This document shows positions 1 to 10,109 of a stretch of DNA of 64,000 nucleotides, one piece after another. Both the position numbers and the translations under genes were made by a program. Numbering within the stretch: position 1 is the first letter of the stretch; every line of letters begins with the position of its first letter. The notes under the pieces were generated by a model. It was not told the origin of the DNA. It saw nothing but the letters and a program-made list of their open reading frames with translations, and ran no database searches. Origin of the DNA: Squalus acanthias (lineage: Eukaryota); contig CM059431.1 of the NCBI GenBank assembly GCA_030390025.1, positions 136,836,001 through 136,900,000 of the forward strand, in the 5' to 3' direction.

Positions 1-463
1 CTGTCGGGCAAAGAAGGCAAGGGAAAAAGTCGACAGGGTTGTATCCCGGACTGATTAAAACTGCAGTCTCAAGGGTGGGTCCCTTGCCCTTGAGCAGCGA
101 AAGCTGCAGTATAAAAGGTACCAGGAAATAAAACTGCAGTATCAAGGGTGGGGCCCTTGAGCCGTGAAAAGATAACTGAGAATTGACTATTTGTGAATCT
201 CACGGCAGAGTATAGAGTATAAGTTATATGTTAAGGACTCAGGTTGTAATGAAGAACAATGCAAAACTGAGAATTGACTACTTGTTTAGTTTAAAGTATA
301 AGGTTAAATGTTTAATTATTTGATTTGTTTTTGCATTACGTATAATTGACTTGATTGTTTTTAGTTCTTGTTATCGTCTTGTAATAGAATTGGATGGTCA
401 GAAATAATCGTAAGGGGGTAAAGGGTAAAACTTGCGATTTAGAAGAGTGCCAAGTATAATTAA

Positions 464-718
464 AACTTTACTAAGAATAGAAGAATTACATGTCTAGAGG
501 ACTGTCTCGCAAATAGAGACCAACAAAGAAGAGGTAAAAAGTCAATAAATTGGTCAACCTTTTCAGGCTGGAAAAAGGAAGCAGAAAGGCGTAAGGACCA
601 TAGTATACAAGCCAGTAGATCTGACATTAAAAATAAGAGAAAAGACCTCGTGAGTAAATTGGCTAAACAAAATGAAGTTAGACAAATAGGGACCAAAAGA
701 ATAAAGTTTCCCTCTTAA
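464..718 (+). pseudogene. Possible gag (matrix-region) remnant
   Basis: Stop-to-stop open frame without Met, reading ...RITCLEDCLANRDQQRRGKKSINWSTFSGWKKEAERRK.... Its position upstream of pol fragments and the W-x5-W-x2-EA-x-RR pattern recall fish ERV Gag N-termini. Recognition only. Confidence 0.35.
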
Positions 719-1357
719 TGGAGCAAGCAGCTTCCGCAACACCGACGGAACAGAATTGAAATCTGAAACACAAAGCAAAAAAAAAGAAGGGTTTTGGAAA
801 GCCAGGAAAAGCTGCTGAGAAAAGTTTTACCGGCATGGAAGTTATTAATGTCTGTGCCGAGATAAAAGCTAATATACAAGATTTGTTGAGTGAAAGGAAT
901 CTTAAAAGGAATACTGGGATCTCAGTTGTGTGAAAGTGTGTGTGAAAAGTGTAAAAGATTCCTGATTGTGTGAATGTTTAAGTTTGTTAAGTTACAGTAT
1001 TATTTTGTCCCTGAGAAAAAAAATCTGCCTAAAAAAAAAGGTGTCTGTCATTTTGTTTATGTTTTAGCTCCACCCACTCTTTTGTACAGAGAGCTAAAAG
1101 CTGTTTTGAACTCTTTGAAGACTTGTCTTGAATGATACTCAAGTGTGTTGTTTTAAGTTTGTTAATTGTTTTACAAAAGAGGTATAAACTTCAGTCTTGA
1201 AGTCACAGTTGCCAATGTGCCTGGAAAGAAAATTAATTTGAATGTTTACAAGGTAATTGTTTCTTTGTTAAATGTGACTATGGTTTCTTTTCCAACTGAA
1301 ACTGGTTAGTTTAAAAAAATTGATCTGGATTGAATTGGAATTATTGAGGTTAATTAA

Positions 1358-1583
1358 CCTATTAAAAACCAGACTTTCATTGTGCACGGTGAAATTCTGG
1401 TTGGTGTAAATTTGTGTAGACCGCATTGAATAAGATATTTAATGGTCTGAAACCAAATTTTGAAATATTTACATTCTTGGATACAGAACGGGTTCTGGTC
1501 CATACCATTGGCAGAGGAATCACAAGGGAAATTCGCCTTTACTGTCAGGGATAGACAGGAATTTTATATCAGACTTTGCAGGG
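1358..1583 (+). pseudogene. pol: Eroded reverse transcriptase fragment (motif A region)
   Basis: Manual translation with frameshifts gives PIK(K)PD (1358-1374), ALNK (1423-1434), FTFLD/IQNGFWSIPLAEESQGKFAFTVRDRQ (1468-1558) and RL-x-QG (~1571-1583). These follow the canonical order of retroviral RT motifs. Absent from the ORF track. Confidence 0.75.
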
Positions 1584-3456
1584 AAAGTGCCCCAAGAATT
1601 AGATAAAAAGCTAATTTGAATTACAATTTATGTTAAGCTGGTGTGTAAAAACTGAGAAGAACAACAGAAGAAAAAAGTTTGTTTAACAAAAATGAAGTTT
1701 CAGTCTGAGATTTAACCTTGGAGTCGCGGTTGCTATGGTGAAATCTTCCAAAGCAATTTGATTTGATTTGCTTAAATGTGAAAAACTAATTTATAGTTCT
1801 AGTATTTTGGAAAGACATCTGAAGAAAGGACAATAAGAAATATTATGTAATTTACTAGTTCTGCAAGCATGTGCTATTTTGTTTTGTTTTATCTGTTCTG
1901 TTCGTGCTTAGTTTAAAGTGTGAAAACACAACTGCTTTTTTGGATCGGGAAAGTTTTTTTTAAATTTACGTAAAGTGACGCAATTGCGTGCGCCTGATAA
2001 TGTTTCGCTCCACCTTCTTAAAAAACCTGCAAAGGAGTTAACCCTTTCCACTGACAGCTGATTAAGTTAATCGAGCAACAACTTTAGTATGAAATTTAAA
2101 GATAGTGGACATTATTAAATATAAGTTTCTTAATTTTAAGTTAATATGTCCCCACAGTGACAGAAGGAAAATTATGATTTGATAAATTAACCCCTTGGGC
2201 TCTAAGTAGAGTCACAATGGATTCTCTTCTTTCTTTTGTTATATGGAAGTTACTTTGTAAACTAATTGCAGCACTTCTGTCTCTAATGTTAAAACACTGT
2301 ATAAGCCACCTAGCCTAGAAATCATTTGTTTCTGAAATTGGAAATTGAAGATAAATTGATCGAAATGAAATTGAACATTGACAAAACCTATCAGTTCAAC
2401 AGTACTGCTGTTTGGATTTTGGGATAATGTTGTAATAACAAAATGAACTCAGGCACTATTTATATATTGGGTTACTTTTGGGAAAATAAAAGATCCTCTA
2501 AAATAATGGTAAATAAAAAGAGTTAGTAACTTGGACCTAGTGAGAATGTTTGATCTATGTTTTCAATCTTAAATATTGTACTGGACAGTAAAGTTACTCC
2601 AGGGCTCATGAGTGAGATAGGAATAGTAATTAAAGAGGAAGTGATTGAAGGTGTAAGATAGAAACAGGAGAAATTACACTGCTGAATAGGAATTTAAAAA
2701 AAAAACTTGTTAGTGAAAGTCAGGAAAGTGTAACTATGAATAGTAAATTGATAGCTTTCTCTTGGAGACATTTGTGTCCCTGCCTATAATGAACTTTTTA
2801 AGAAAACTGAATATGAAAGCCTGACCACTATCCAAGACATCGGGACCGTGCAGAGGAAGATGAACAAATACAATCTTTTGATAAGATGCCTGGGAGCCCG
2901 AGAGGGGCACATGTGGCATGATATTGAGATACCTGTATGAGTGTGCAAATGTGATTTGTTACGTATGAAGCGATTACCATCTGGAAATGTATGTTGAATT
3001 TGCACTGAAGAACGGGTCTCAGACATGCTCAGTTACTTGACAACAGCAAGACATGAAATGGTTAATGTGGCTCTGGATAGCGAGACAACCTTTAAAGCAT
3101 TGACACATACTCCATCGAGAAACTATCTAATTAATGAAACAATCAGAATAGAGTTAAACACACTGGTACTGCTTAGAAGGATTGAAATTGAAGTTGAAGT
3201 GGAGAGTTACATGGAATCTGGATTGGGACAATTGAGGGCTAAGGAGAAATCATGTTTAACAAGAATTATCCACAAGATGGATACGAGTAAAAGAGAGATC
3301 TGGAGAATCTTTTAAGTCCATGATTTGTTGATTAGATGTTAAACTGTAATGTTGCTTGAAATTGAAAGACTGAATTTAACTATGACTGTAATAATTGTGT
3401 TTTGTAGGTAACAGAGCGTGGGAAAAACCAGTGCGAATCCAGTATGAGGTGGTTTT

Positions 3457-3922
3457 GGTAGTGCCTCCTGTGTAACTACTACCGCAACTACCATTCTTTA
3501 CGGGTCTAACAGGACCTGTCCCGTTAACCAACACATTTTACATAATATCGAAACCTATGCTCAAGTGAAACTGACAGGATATGAGTTACTTAAGTATGAG
3601 CTGCACAATTATGTGGCATAATTCGGATACGACATTCCCCTGTTGTCTAAAGTTATCAGTGAGCTCATGATGCGACTGAACTCCTCCCTAAAGCATTTTT
3701 ATGTTCTGAAGGAAGACAACTCGAGAATAGATATTGAAATTGACAGCATAGGGGATAACTCACACTGGTGGGATAATTGGGCTTAATATATCAGCACACA
3801 CTTAGATTTGTATTATTTCACACGCTCTGGTAGTTCTCCAACTGGTAATGATAGTGTATTTGATATATGTAACCTATGTAGTAAGATACACAAGTCAATT
3901 GGGTACTCATGCCCATGACTAA
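3457..3922 (+). pseudogene. Second, non-gamma-type envelope glycoprotein C-terminal remnant (heptad region, HWWD, transmembrane segment)
   Basis: Frame reads GSASCVTTTATTILYGSNRTCPV...YVA*FGYDIPLLSKVISELMMRLNSSLKHFYVLKEDNSRIDIEIDSIGDNSHWWD. After a frameshift it continues GLNISAHT*ICIISHALVVLQLVMIVYLIYVTYVV (hydrophobic), then a short tail ending at TAA 3920-3922. Confidence 0.5.
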
Positions 3923-4451
3923 CCAGCACTAACAAATTGAGCACACCGAAAGAGAAGATCCGAAGCAATGTAGAGGAGACCCCAGGCGGGGTAACATCAG
4001 GAAAGATAGAAGAAACAGAGGATATTTAAAAACTAACCAGGCGGGGCAGAATTGGAACACCGGAATGGACTATTAGAAGGGAGAAATCTTCAAGACTCCC
4101 TACTAACTAATGCCCAAGTTGAGAGAGAGCAATAAGAACTAGCTAGATTAGTCAAGAGCCGATTGTGAGAAGTCAATAAGGGTTATTTCCTTCTCAAAGA
4201 AGGAAATTGTAAGAAATAGCTGTTAGATTCAAAGATGGGTCTTAATTCTTAGAACAGAAACTGACAACATGCAGCCAGGAATAGATAGCAGAAATGCCAG
4301 CAAGGTCGAATATCAAGCATCAAAAGACAAATAGAAGTGATAAGGGAATCGTAAAATGCAAAACAACACAGGGTGGGGGGGGGGGGGGGGGTAATAGTCA
4401 GTGAAAGAAAGGGAGTAAAAAAACAAATTTAAATTTTGAAGGACTTACACA

Positions 4452-5192
4452 ATGGTAATCATAGATATGTTTTCAAGATGGGTTGAAGCTTTTCCATGTA
4501 AAAAGAATGATGCTGTAACAGTTGCAAAGTGTTTGTTAAAAGAAATCATACCAAGGTTTGGAATACCTATGCAACTTTCATGTGACAACGGATCACATTT
4601 TACTGGAATGATCAGAAAGGAACTATGTAAGGCTTTGCAGATTAATCAGCATTTCCACTGCAGTTATCATCCGCAATCTGCGGGACTAGTAGAAAGATAT
4701 AACGGAATGCTGAAGAATAAACTTTCTAAACTTTGCAATGAAACTGGACTAAAATGGGTTGAACTGTTACCCTTAGCATTGATGGTAATGCGAGAAGCAA
4801 CTAACAGGACAACTGGACTGTTGCCACATGAAATTTTAATGGGACGACCCCAAAGGCTGCCATTCTGAGCACCCTTTACGGTTAAACATATGGACATTCA
4901 TAAAACGGATGAAAATATGCTACACTATTGCATTGCATTAACTAGATGTATTTCCAGCTTTCACTAACAGGTAAAGGAAGCTCAAACGGAACCAGCCGAT
5001 GGAAAGTGCCATAACTTGGAACCAGGAGATGACGTCTATGTAAAGGTCTATAAGAGGAAGAACGGTCTGCAGCCACGCTTTGAAGGGCCATATCAAGTAC
5101 TCTTGACAACAAATACAGCTGTAAAGGTCAAGGAAAGACGTACTTGGATCCACGCATCCCATTGCAAGAAAGTATCAGATAAGGACTGTTGA
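4452..5192 (+). pseudogene. pol: Retroviral integrase core and C-terminal domain (class I type), 5'-truncated, two in-frame stops
   Basis: VIIDMFSRWVEAFP, SCDNGSHF and HPQSAGLVERYNGMLK match the rve core. Reading through TGA 4866 and a later TAA gives [10 protein letters not shown]...[32 protein letters not shown], ending at TGA 5190-5192. Confidence 0.92.
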
Positions 5193-5217
5193 ATTTGAAT
5201 TTGAAAAGACTTAAACA

Positions 5218-6683
5218 ATGAAGCTGTTATTTACGTTTTACCTACTAATCAGACTGATATGTATAGCCTGCCAAGGGAGAGGAAAAGAACCCCGAAAGAA
5301 ACGAGAATTACATATGAACACCTTTTTGTATATGTCATATAAGTATGCCAAAAAAAGTGGGATAAACGCCTGTTGGATATGTAGCCATATTCCTACCCAT
5401 GTGAAAAGAGGAATACCTCTGCGACCGATACCCTTCAACCTCACAGATATGGCAGAATGGATAATTAATAAAAATCATCGAAACAGAAAGATACCACCCT
5501 ATCCACCTTCGGGAAAGAATGGGAACAAAAGTGGTCTAGCCTAAGAAACGAGTTTAAGGGGGGAGGATATTCGTTAGAAAATTTTAAGGGATGGTACAAG
5601 CCGACGTATGATTATACGAAAGAACCTCCTTTTCTAGCCCTTACCAATACATCGGGAAAGGGCCGACCAATCGGGGATATATGCTGGGAACGCGTACTAG
5701 GACAGACTAAAGGGAACAGAGTTAATATGGGGAAAAGTCGTTGCATACAAAAGTTTATTACGTACAAGGCAGGAAGTTCCATGGAAAGCTGGTGGTTCAA
5801 TACTACCAGTTTGATGAATTTGACTAATAACAGACCATGGAAAGGGACTAAACGATTGAATACTGACAATCAGATGGGTTTTACCGTTTTCCGCACCAAC
5901 GTGAACCCTGATCAACCGGGACAGATAGTGACAGCCTATAACGGGACGTACTTCATATGCGGTCACAGCGCATACCCTTGGCTACCAGAGAATTGGGCAG
6001 GATCATGCTATTTGGGTTATGTAGTACCATACATACACCACATAAAGGAATTGAAAGACCACCATAAGCATAGCTGTAAGAAAAGAGAACTCCCCACATG
6101 GAAGATATTAGTTGGAGCTATGTTTCCCCCTGCTGGAATAGCGTTTACTTCCCAAGAAATACTGTTACTATCAGCATTAATTGAGGGAGTAGCTAATGAC
6201 ACGGTTAAATCTCTGAGGGAGGTAAGCACCGAAATGGTAGCCCTGAGAACCGTCGCCCTACAAAATTGAATGGCACTAGATTACCTACTAGCTCCACAGG
6301 GAGGTATATGTGCCATGATCGGAGCAGAATGCTGCACATATATCCCAGATAGCTCTGAAAATATAACCAACTTAGCGGACCATATTCAGAAACAGGTTGC
6401 CCTGCTCCATCAATCCAGGACCAAAGGCGGCTGGGCTGATTGGATATTAGGGGGATGGTTAGGATCAATGGGACAAGTATTATTGCATGGATTAGTAGTA
6501 ATAATAGCCGCAATTGTATGTATTATTTTGGTTGTCACAATGATTAAGTGTTGTTGTAATAGGTTAGGCAAGGTAGTCATACCTGAAGTAAGTGTAATGA
6601 TACAGAAAGAAATAAATGACGAAGAAGAAAAGTATGGCCCCTTCGGGGAGGAACTGAGGCGATTGAATAAAATACAATTTTGA
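5218..6683 (+). pseudogene. env: Retroviral env (gamma-type SU/TM), disrupted
   Basis: Signal peptide MKLLFTFYLLIRLICIACQG, CWIC (CXXC), cleavage site CKKR/EL, hydrophobic fusion peptide, ISD ALQN*MALDYLLA (TGA 6267-6269 in place of Arg), CAMIGAECC (CX6CC), and TM LVVIIAAIVCIILVVTMI. Also a stop/frameshift near 5544. Confidence 0.93.
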
Positions 6684-6889
6684 GGATTAGACAACCTAGA
6701 CAAAATATACATATAGATATTTATACATTTTTGCATGCTCCCCACTTTCGGTAAACATATTCTTCCACCCACATGGGATCTGCAGGCTAGGGAAAGAGAG
6801 AGGACTCCTTTCAACTGCCGGTGACGTCGACCTTGTATACCACTTGGTCCGCACTCTGGAGGCTCACGTAGAAGCACTTGTGCTTAGGA

Positions 6890-7052
6890 GAACCCCACAG
6901 GTCAGGCATAAACTGTGTGGGTCATGAATCAGCTGTAGTTCCTTTGGAGAACCCCACAGGTTAGGTATAAACTGTGTGGGTCATGAATCAGTCCTCCTCT
7001 ATAAGCTGCAGTTCGAACCCCACAGGTTAGGCATAAACTGTGTGGGCCATGA
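6890..7052 (+). repeat. Three ~38-bp direct repeats with an internal hairpin in the ERV 3' UTR
   Basis: GAACCCCACAGGT(C/T)AGG(C/T)ATAAACTGTGTGGG(T/C)CATGA at 6890, 6949 and 7015. CACAG...CTGTG can pair within each copy. Confidence 0.9.
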
Positions 7053-7412
7053 CTTAGAACTCCTCTGTGAGCTGCTGTACCCTATCTCCTTAGAGGGTGT
7101 ATAGCGACACCTGAGCTGCAGGCTAGTAAAAGCTGCAGGAAAAGTTAGAGAACAGCAGACTAATGAACCACAAAAGTACGCCAGAGTCACCAAAACACAA
7201 CTAAAACCCCTGCAAGAACATACGCCCAAACACCGAGAATAGACAGAGAAGAAGGACGATCTTAAATAAGGTCAGCCATAAATACAGGTATAATCCCGAG
7301 GATGGTTAAAACAGAAAAGAAGTTGGCATCCCTGGCCAAAATCCAAATATGGTACAGGAACCGACAAGAAAGACCGAAAGAGTTAAATTGAGCTATTTTG
7401 TCCTAGAAGGAC

Positions 7413-7426
7413 AAAAAAGGGGGGAA
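7413..7426 (+). other. Polypurine tract (plus-strand primer)
   Basis: AAAAAAGGGGGGAA immediately before the LTR-initial TG. Confidence 0.85.
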
Positions 7427-7982
7427 TGTGGAAGTGCAGTTTTTGTCTCGGGCAAAATGGCTTACTTGAATTTAAACTAATATAAAATGGCCGACTCTGT
7501 CTTGTGTGGAAAAGGGAAAAATCCATTGTTATGTTCTTTTATCAAAATAACTTTAAAGTTCTAGACTATGCTTTTAGCAAAGTCTGCCTGCACAAAAGAA
7601 AACAGGCTTAAATCGAGATAACCAAGGGCTAGTAAAGTAAACAAACAGGGCCTTGGCCTTGGGAAGAAAAAGTACAGACAGATAGATTCCATTTTATAGG
7701 GATTAGTTAGTCTCACTGTAAGGCATTTCTTACGTGTTTTTTCTAATTGTTAATTTAGCTTACCTTAAACAACATGTCATGTGATATTATAATGTGTAAG
7801 AATACGCCATTTTCTGTGATTCGGCAGTCTGTCATCATAGCTAATTGGGCTATGGTTGCAGTCTCCTTGCAAGTAAAATATAATAAAAAGCCTTCTTTGA
7901 AGATATTGTCTACAAGAGTCTTTAATCGGAAGTCGAAACTTCGACACACCCAACCAGTCAATGTCTTTCTTTATCCTCCACA
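7427..7982 (+). repeat. 3' LTR (~556 bp)
   Basis: Begins TGTGGAAG right after the PPT and ends CCTCCACA (imperfect terminal inverted repeat, TG...CA). TATA-like TATTATAA at ~7785 and AATAAA at 7882-7887. Confidence 0.8.
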
Positions 7983-8024
7983 CGAGCAAATAGTTCCAAT
8001 CATATTGACCCACCCTGTTGAAAC

Positions 8025-8175
8025 ACTTTTGCGGATTTCAAGGTAATTGTCAGAAGAACCAAAGGCGACATCAGGAAACAACTTTTGCACAGCGAGTTGT
8101 TGCTATCGGGAATGCAATACTTGAAAGGGTGGTGGGGGCAGATTTAACAGTAAATTGCAAAAGGAAATTGGTAAA
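8025..8175 (+). mobile_element. Old CR1-type LINE 3' ORF2 fragment
   Basis: Degenerate match to the CR1 ORF2 C-terminus seen at 16800-16960 (AGAACCAAAGG..ACATCAGGAAA..CACAGCGAGT..GGAATGC). Confidence 0.5.
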
Positions 8176-8479
8176 CGGCGCTGACTGATGCTGTAAAATC
8201 CGTCCCACGGGATGTTAGGAAACAAGGAGAGTTTATTCTGTCCCGTTACAAGTTTTAAATGTTCCTGCACTCCTAATTTGTAGGAGAGGGCAGTCTCTCG
8301 CTTTATTTCCCAATAAACTGGTTTTACAACTATTTCAGGTATAATTTGCGCGACAGTTTTTGCGGAGATTACAGAAGTTCCCTCCCGAACAGTGCCTGAC
8401 ACATTGAGGGAGGATTATCGCAAATTCCAGGCTTCATTGCCCGCATTTACCCGTAAGCTGATGCCACGATAAGGGATAG

Positions 8480-8870
8480 CTGGATGCGGCTGCAGAGGAA
8501 TTTGGAAAGGGAGGTTACTCGTGTTTCATGTCGGGACCAGTGACAAAGGGTAAAAAAGTGACAAGTTCTTGCTGAAGGAGTATGTGGAGTGAGGAGCTAA
8601 ATTAAAAACCAGATCTTCAAGGGTGCTAATCTCAGAATGATTACCCTAACCACGTGTTAATTGCCATAGAGTCAAGCAGACCAGAAAGGTGAACACGTGG
8701 CTGGATGAATGGTGTGGGACGGAGGGGTTTCATTTCAGGGGTCACTGCTACCAGTACTGGGCAAAGAATTAACTCTACCATTGGAACAGGCTGTACCTGA
8801 AACGGGCTGAAACCAAGCTCCCAGTGGAAAGGATAAATAGACTGGCAAAAATGGACATTAAACAATTAAA
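8480..8870 (+). mobile_element. Old CR1-type LINE ORF1 (SGNH esterase-like) fragment
   Basis: Similar to ORF1 at 12870-13260 (GCGGCTGCAG...GGAAAGGG, GGAGCTAAATTAAAAA, AATCTCAGAATGATTACC, TACCTGAAAC). Confidence 0.55.
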
Positions 8871-9149
8871 TGGGCTAGGGACAGAGCTCAGTCATAAACA
8901 ACAGTAAAAATGTTACTTGAACGATAAAAAAAGGATAAGCGCAGAGTTCGGGTCAACACAGGAATACTCCAGATGAACTGAATACTAAAATAATTAAAGT
9001 AGTTACAGCGGAAGTGACAAATTAGGAACCTGTTTAATTAAACGGTGTAAGAAAGACAGCATCGGGTCTAAAGGTCAGCTTAGGTTCTCTTTCCCAAATA
9101 AGAGTTTTATATACTAACGTAGGGGTATAAGAAAAAAATGGAGTGAATT

Positions 9150-10100
9150 GGAAGCTGAAAAGTGTCAAATGGATCCGAAATTTCTGGTGATACAAAGTGA
9201 GGTGGGAAAGTACGTTGTGAGGCAGATGCAAAGATGATGCAAAGGGATATAGACAGGTTATGTGAGTGGGAAAGAACATGGCAGATAGAATCTAACGTGA
9301 AGAAACGTGAATTATCCACTTTGGTAGGAAACATAGATACAGAGATTATTATTTAAATGGTGAGAGATCGGTTAATGTTGGGACTCAGAGTGAGCGCTGG
9401 GTGTCCTTGTACATGCGTCACTGAAGTTAGCATGCAGGTGCAGCAAGCAATTAGGAAAACAAATAGTACGTTAGCCTTTATTAAAAAAGGATTTGAGTAT
9501 CAGAGTAAATAAGTGTTATTGCAATTATATAAGACCTTAGTGAGACCACTCCTGGAGTATTGTGTACAGTTTTGGTCTCCTTACCTGAGGAAAGATATAT
9601 TTGCCTAAGAGGGAGTGCAATGAATGTCTAGCAGACGGATTCCTTGGATAGGGGATAGTCGTATGCGGAGAGATTGAGGAGTCTAGGCCTATAATCCATA
9701 GCATTTAGAAGAATGAGATGTGGTCTGATTGAAAATTATAAAATAACGACAGGGCTTGAGAGGGTAGATGTTGGGAGGATGATTCCCCTGGCTGCGGAGT
9801 CTAGAACCTGGGATCACAGTCTCAGAATAACGTGTCGGCCATTTCGGACTCAGATGAGGAGAAATTTCTTTACTCAGATGTTTGTGAATCTTTGGGATTC
9901 TCTACACCAGATGGCTGTGGATGCTCAGTCGTTGATTATATTCAAGACAGAGCTCAATAGATTTCTGGATATTAACAGAATCAATGGTTATGGGGATAAT
10001 GCAGGAAATTGGAGTTGAGGTCAAAATCAATCATGAACTTATTGAATGGTGGAGCAGGCTCGAGGGGCCGAATGACTCCTGCTCCCATTTCTTATGTTCT
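9150..10100 (+). mobile_element. Degenerate CR1-type LINE 3' end (RT C-terminus, 3' UTR, tail)
   Basis: Decayed xDDTK motif at ~9185, GTGAGACCACTCCTGGAGTATTGTGTACAGTTTTGGTCTCC ([14 protein letters not shown]), ORF 9713-10018 MRRNFFTQ, and 3' UTR GGAGCAGGCTCGAGGGGCCGAATG followed by a TTCTTATGTTCTT tail. Confidence 0.85.
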
Positions 10101-10109
10101 TAAATACAG

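Larger units (their letters stand above)
1..7982 (+). mobile_element. Degenerate endogenous retrovirus (leader/gag remnant, partial pol, env, PPT, 3' LTR); 5' LTR not in window
   Basis: Colinear integrase (4452-5192), env (5218-6683), polypurine tract (7413-7426) and TG...CA LTR (7427-7982). Whether 1-4450 belongs to the same provirus is less certain. Confidence 0.85.
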
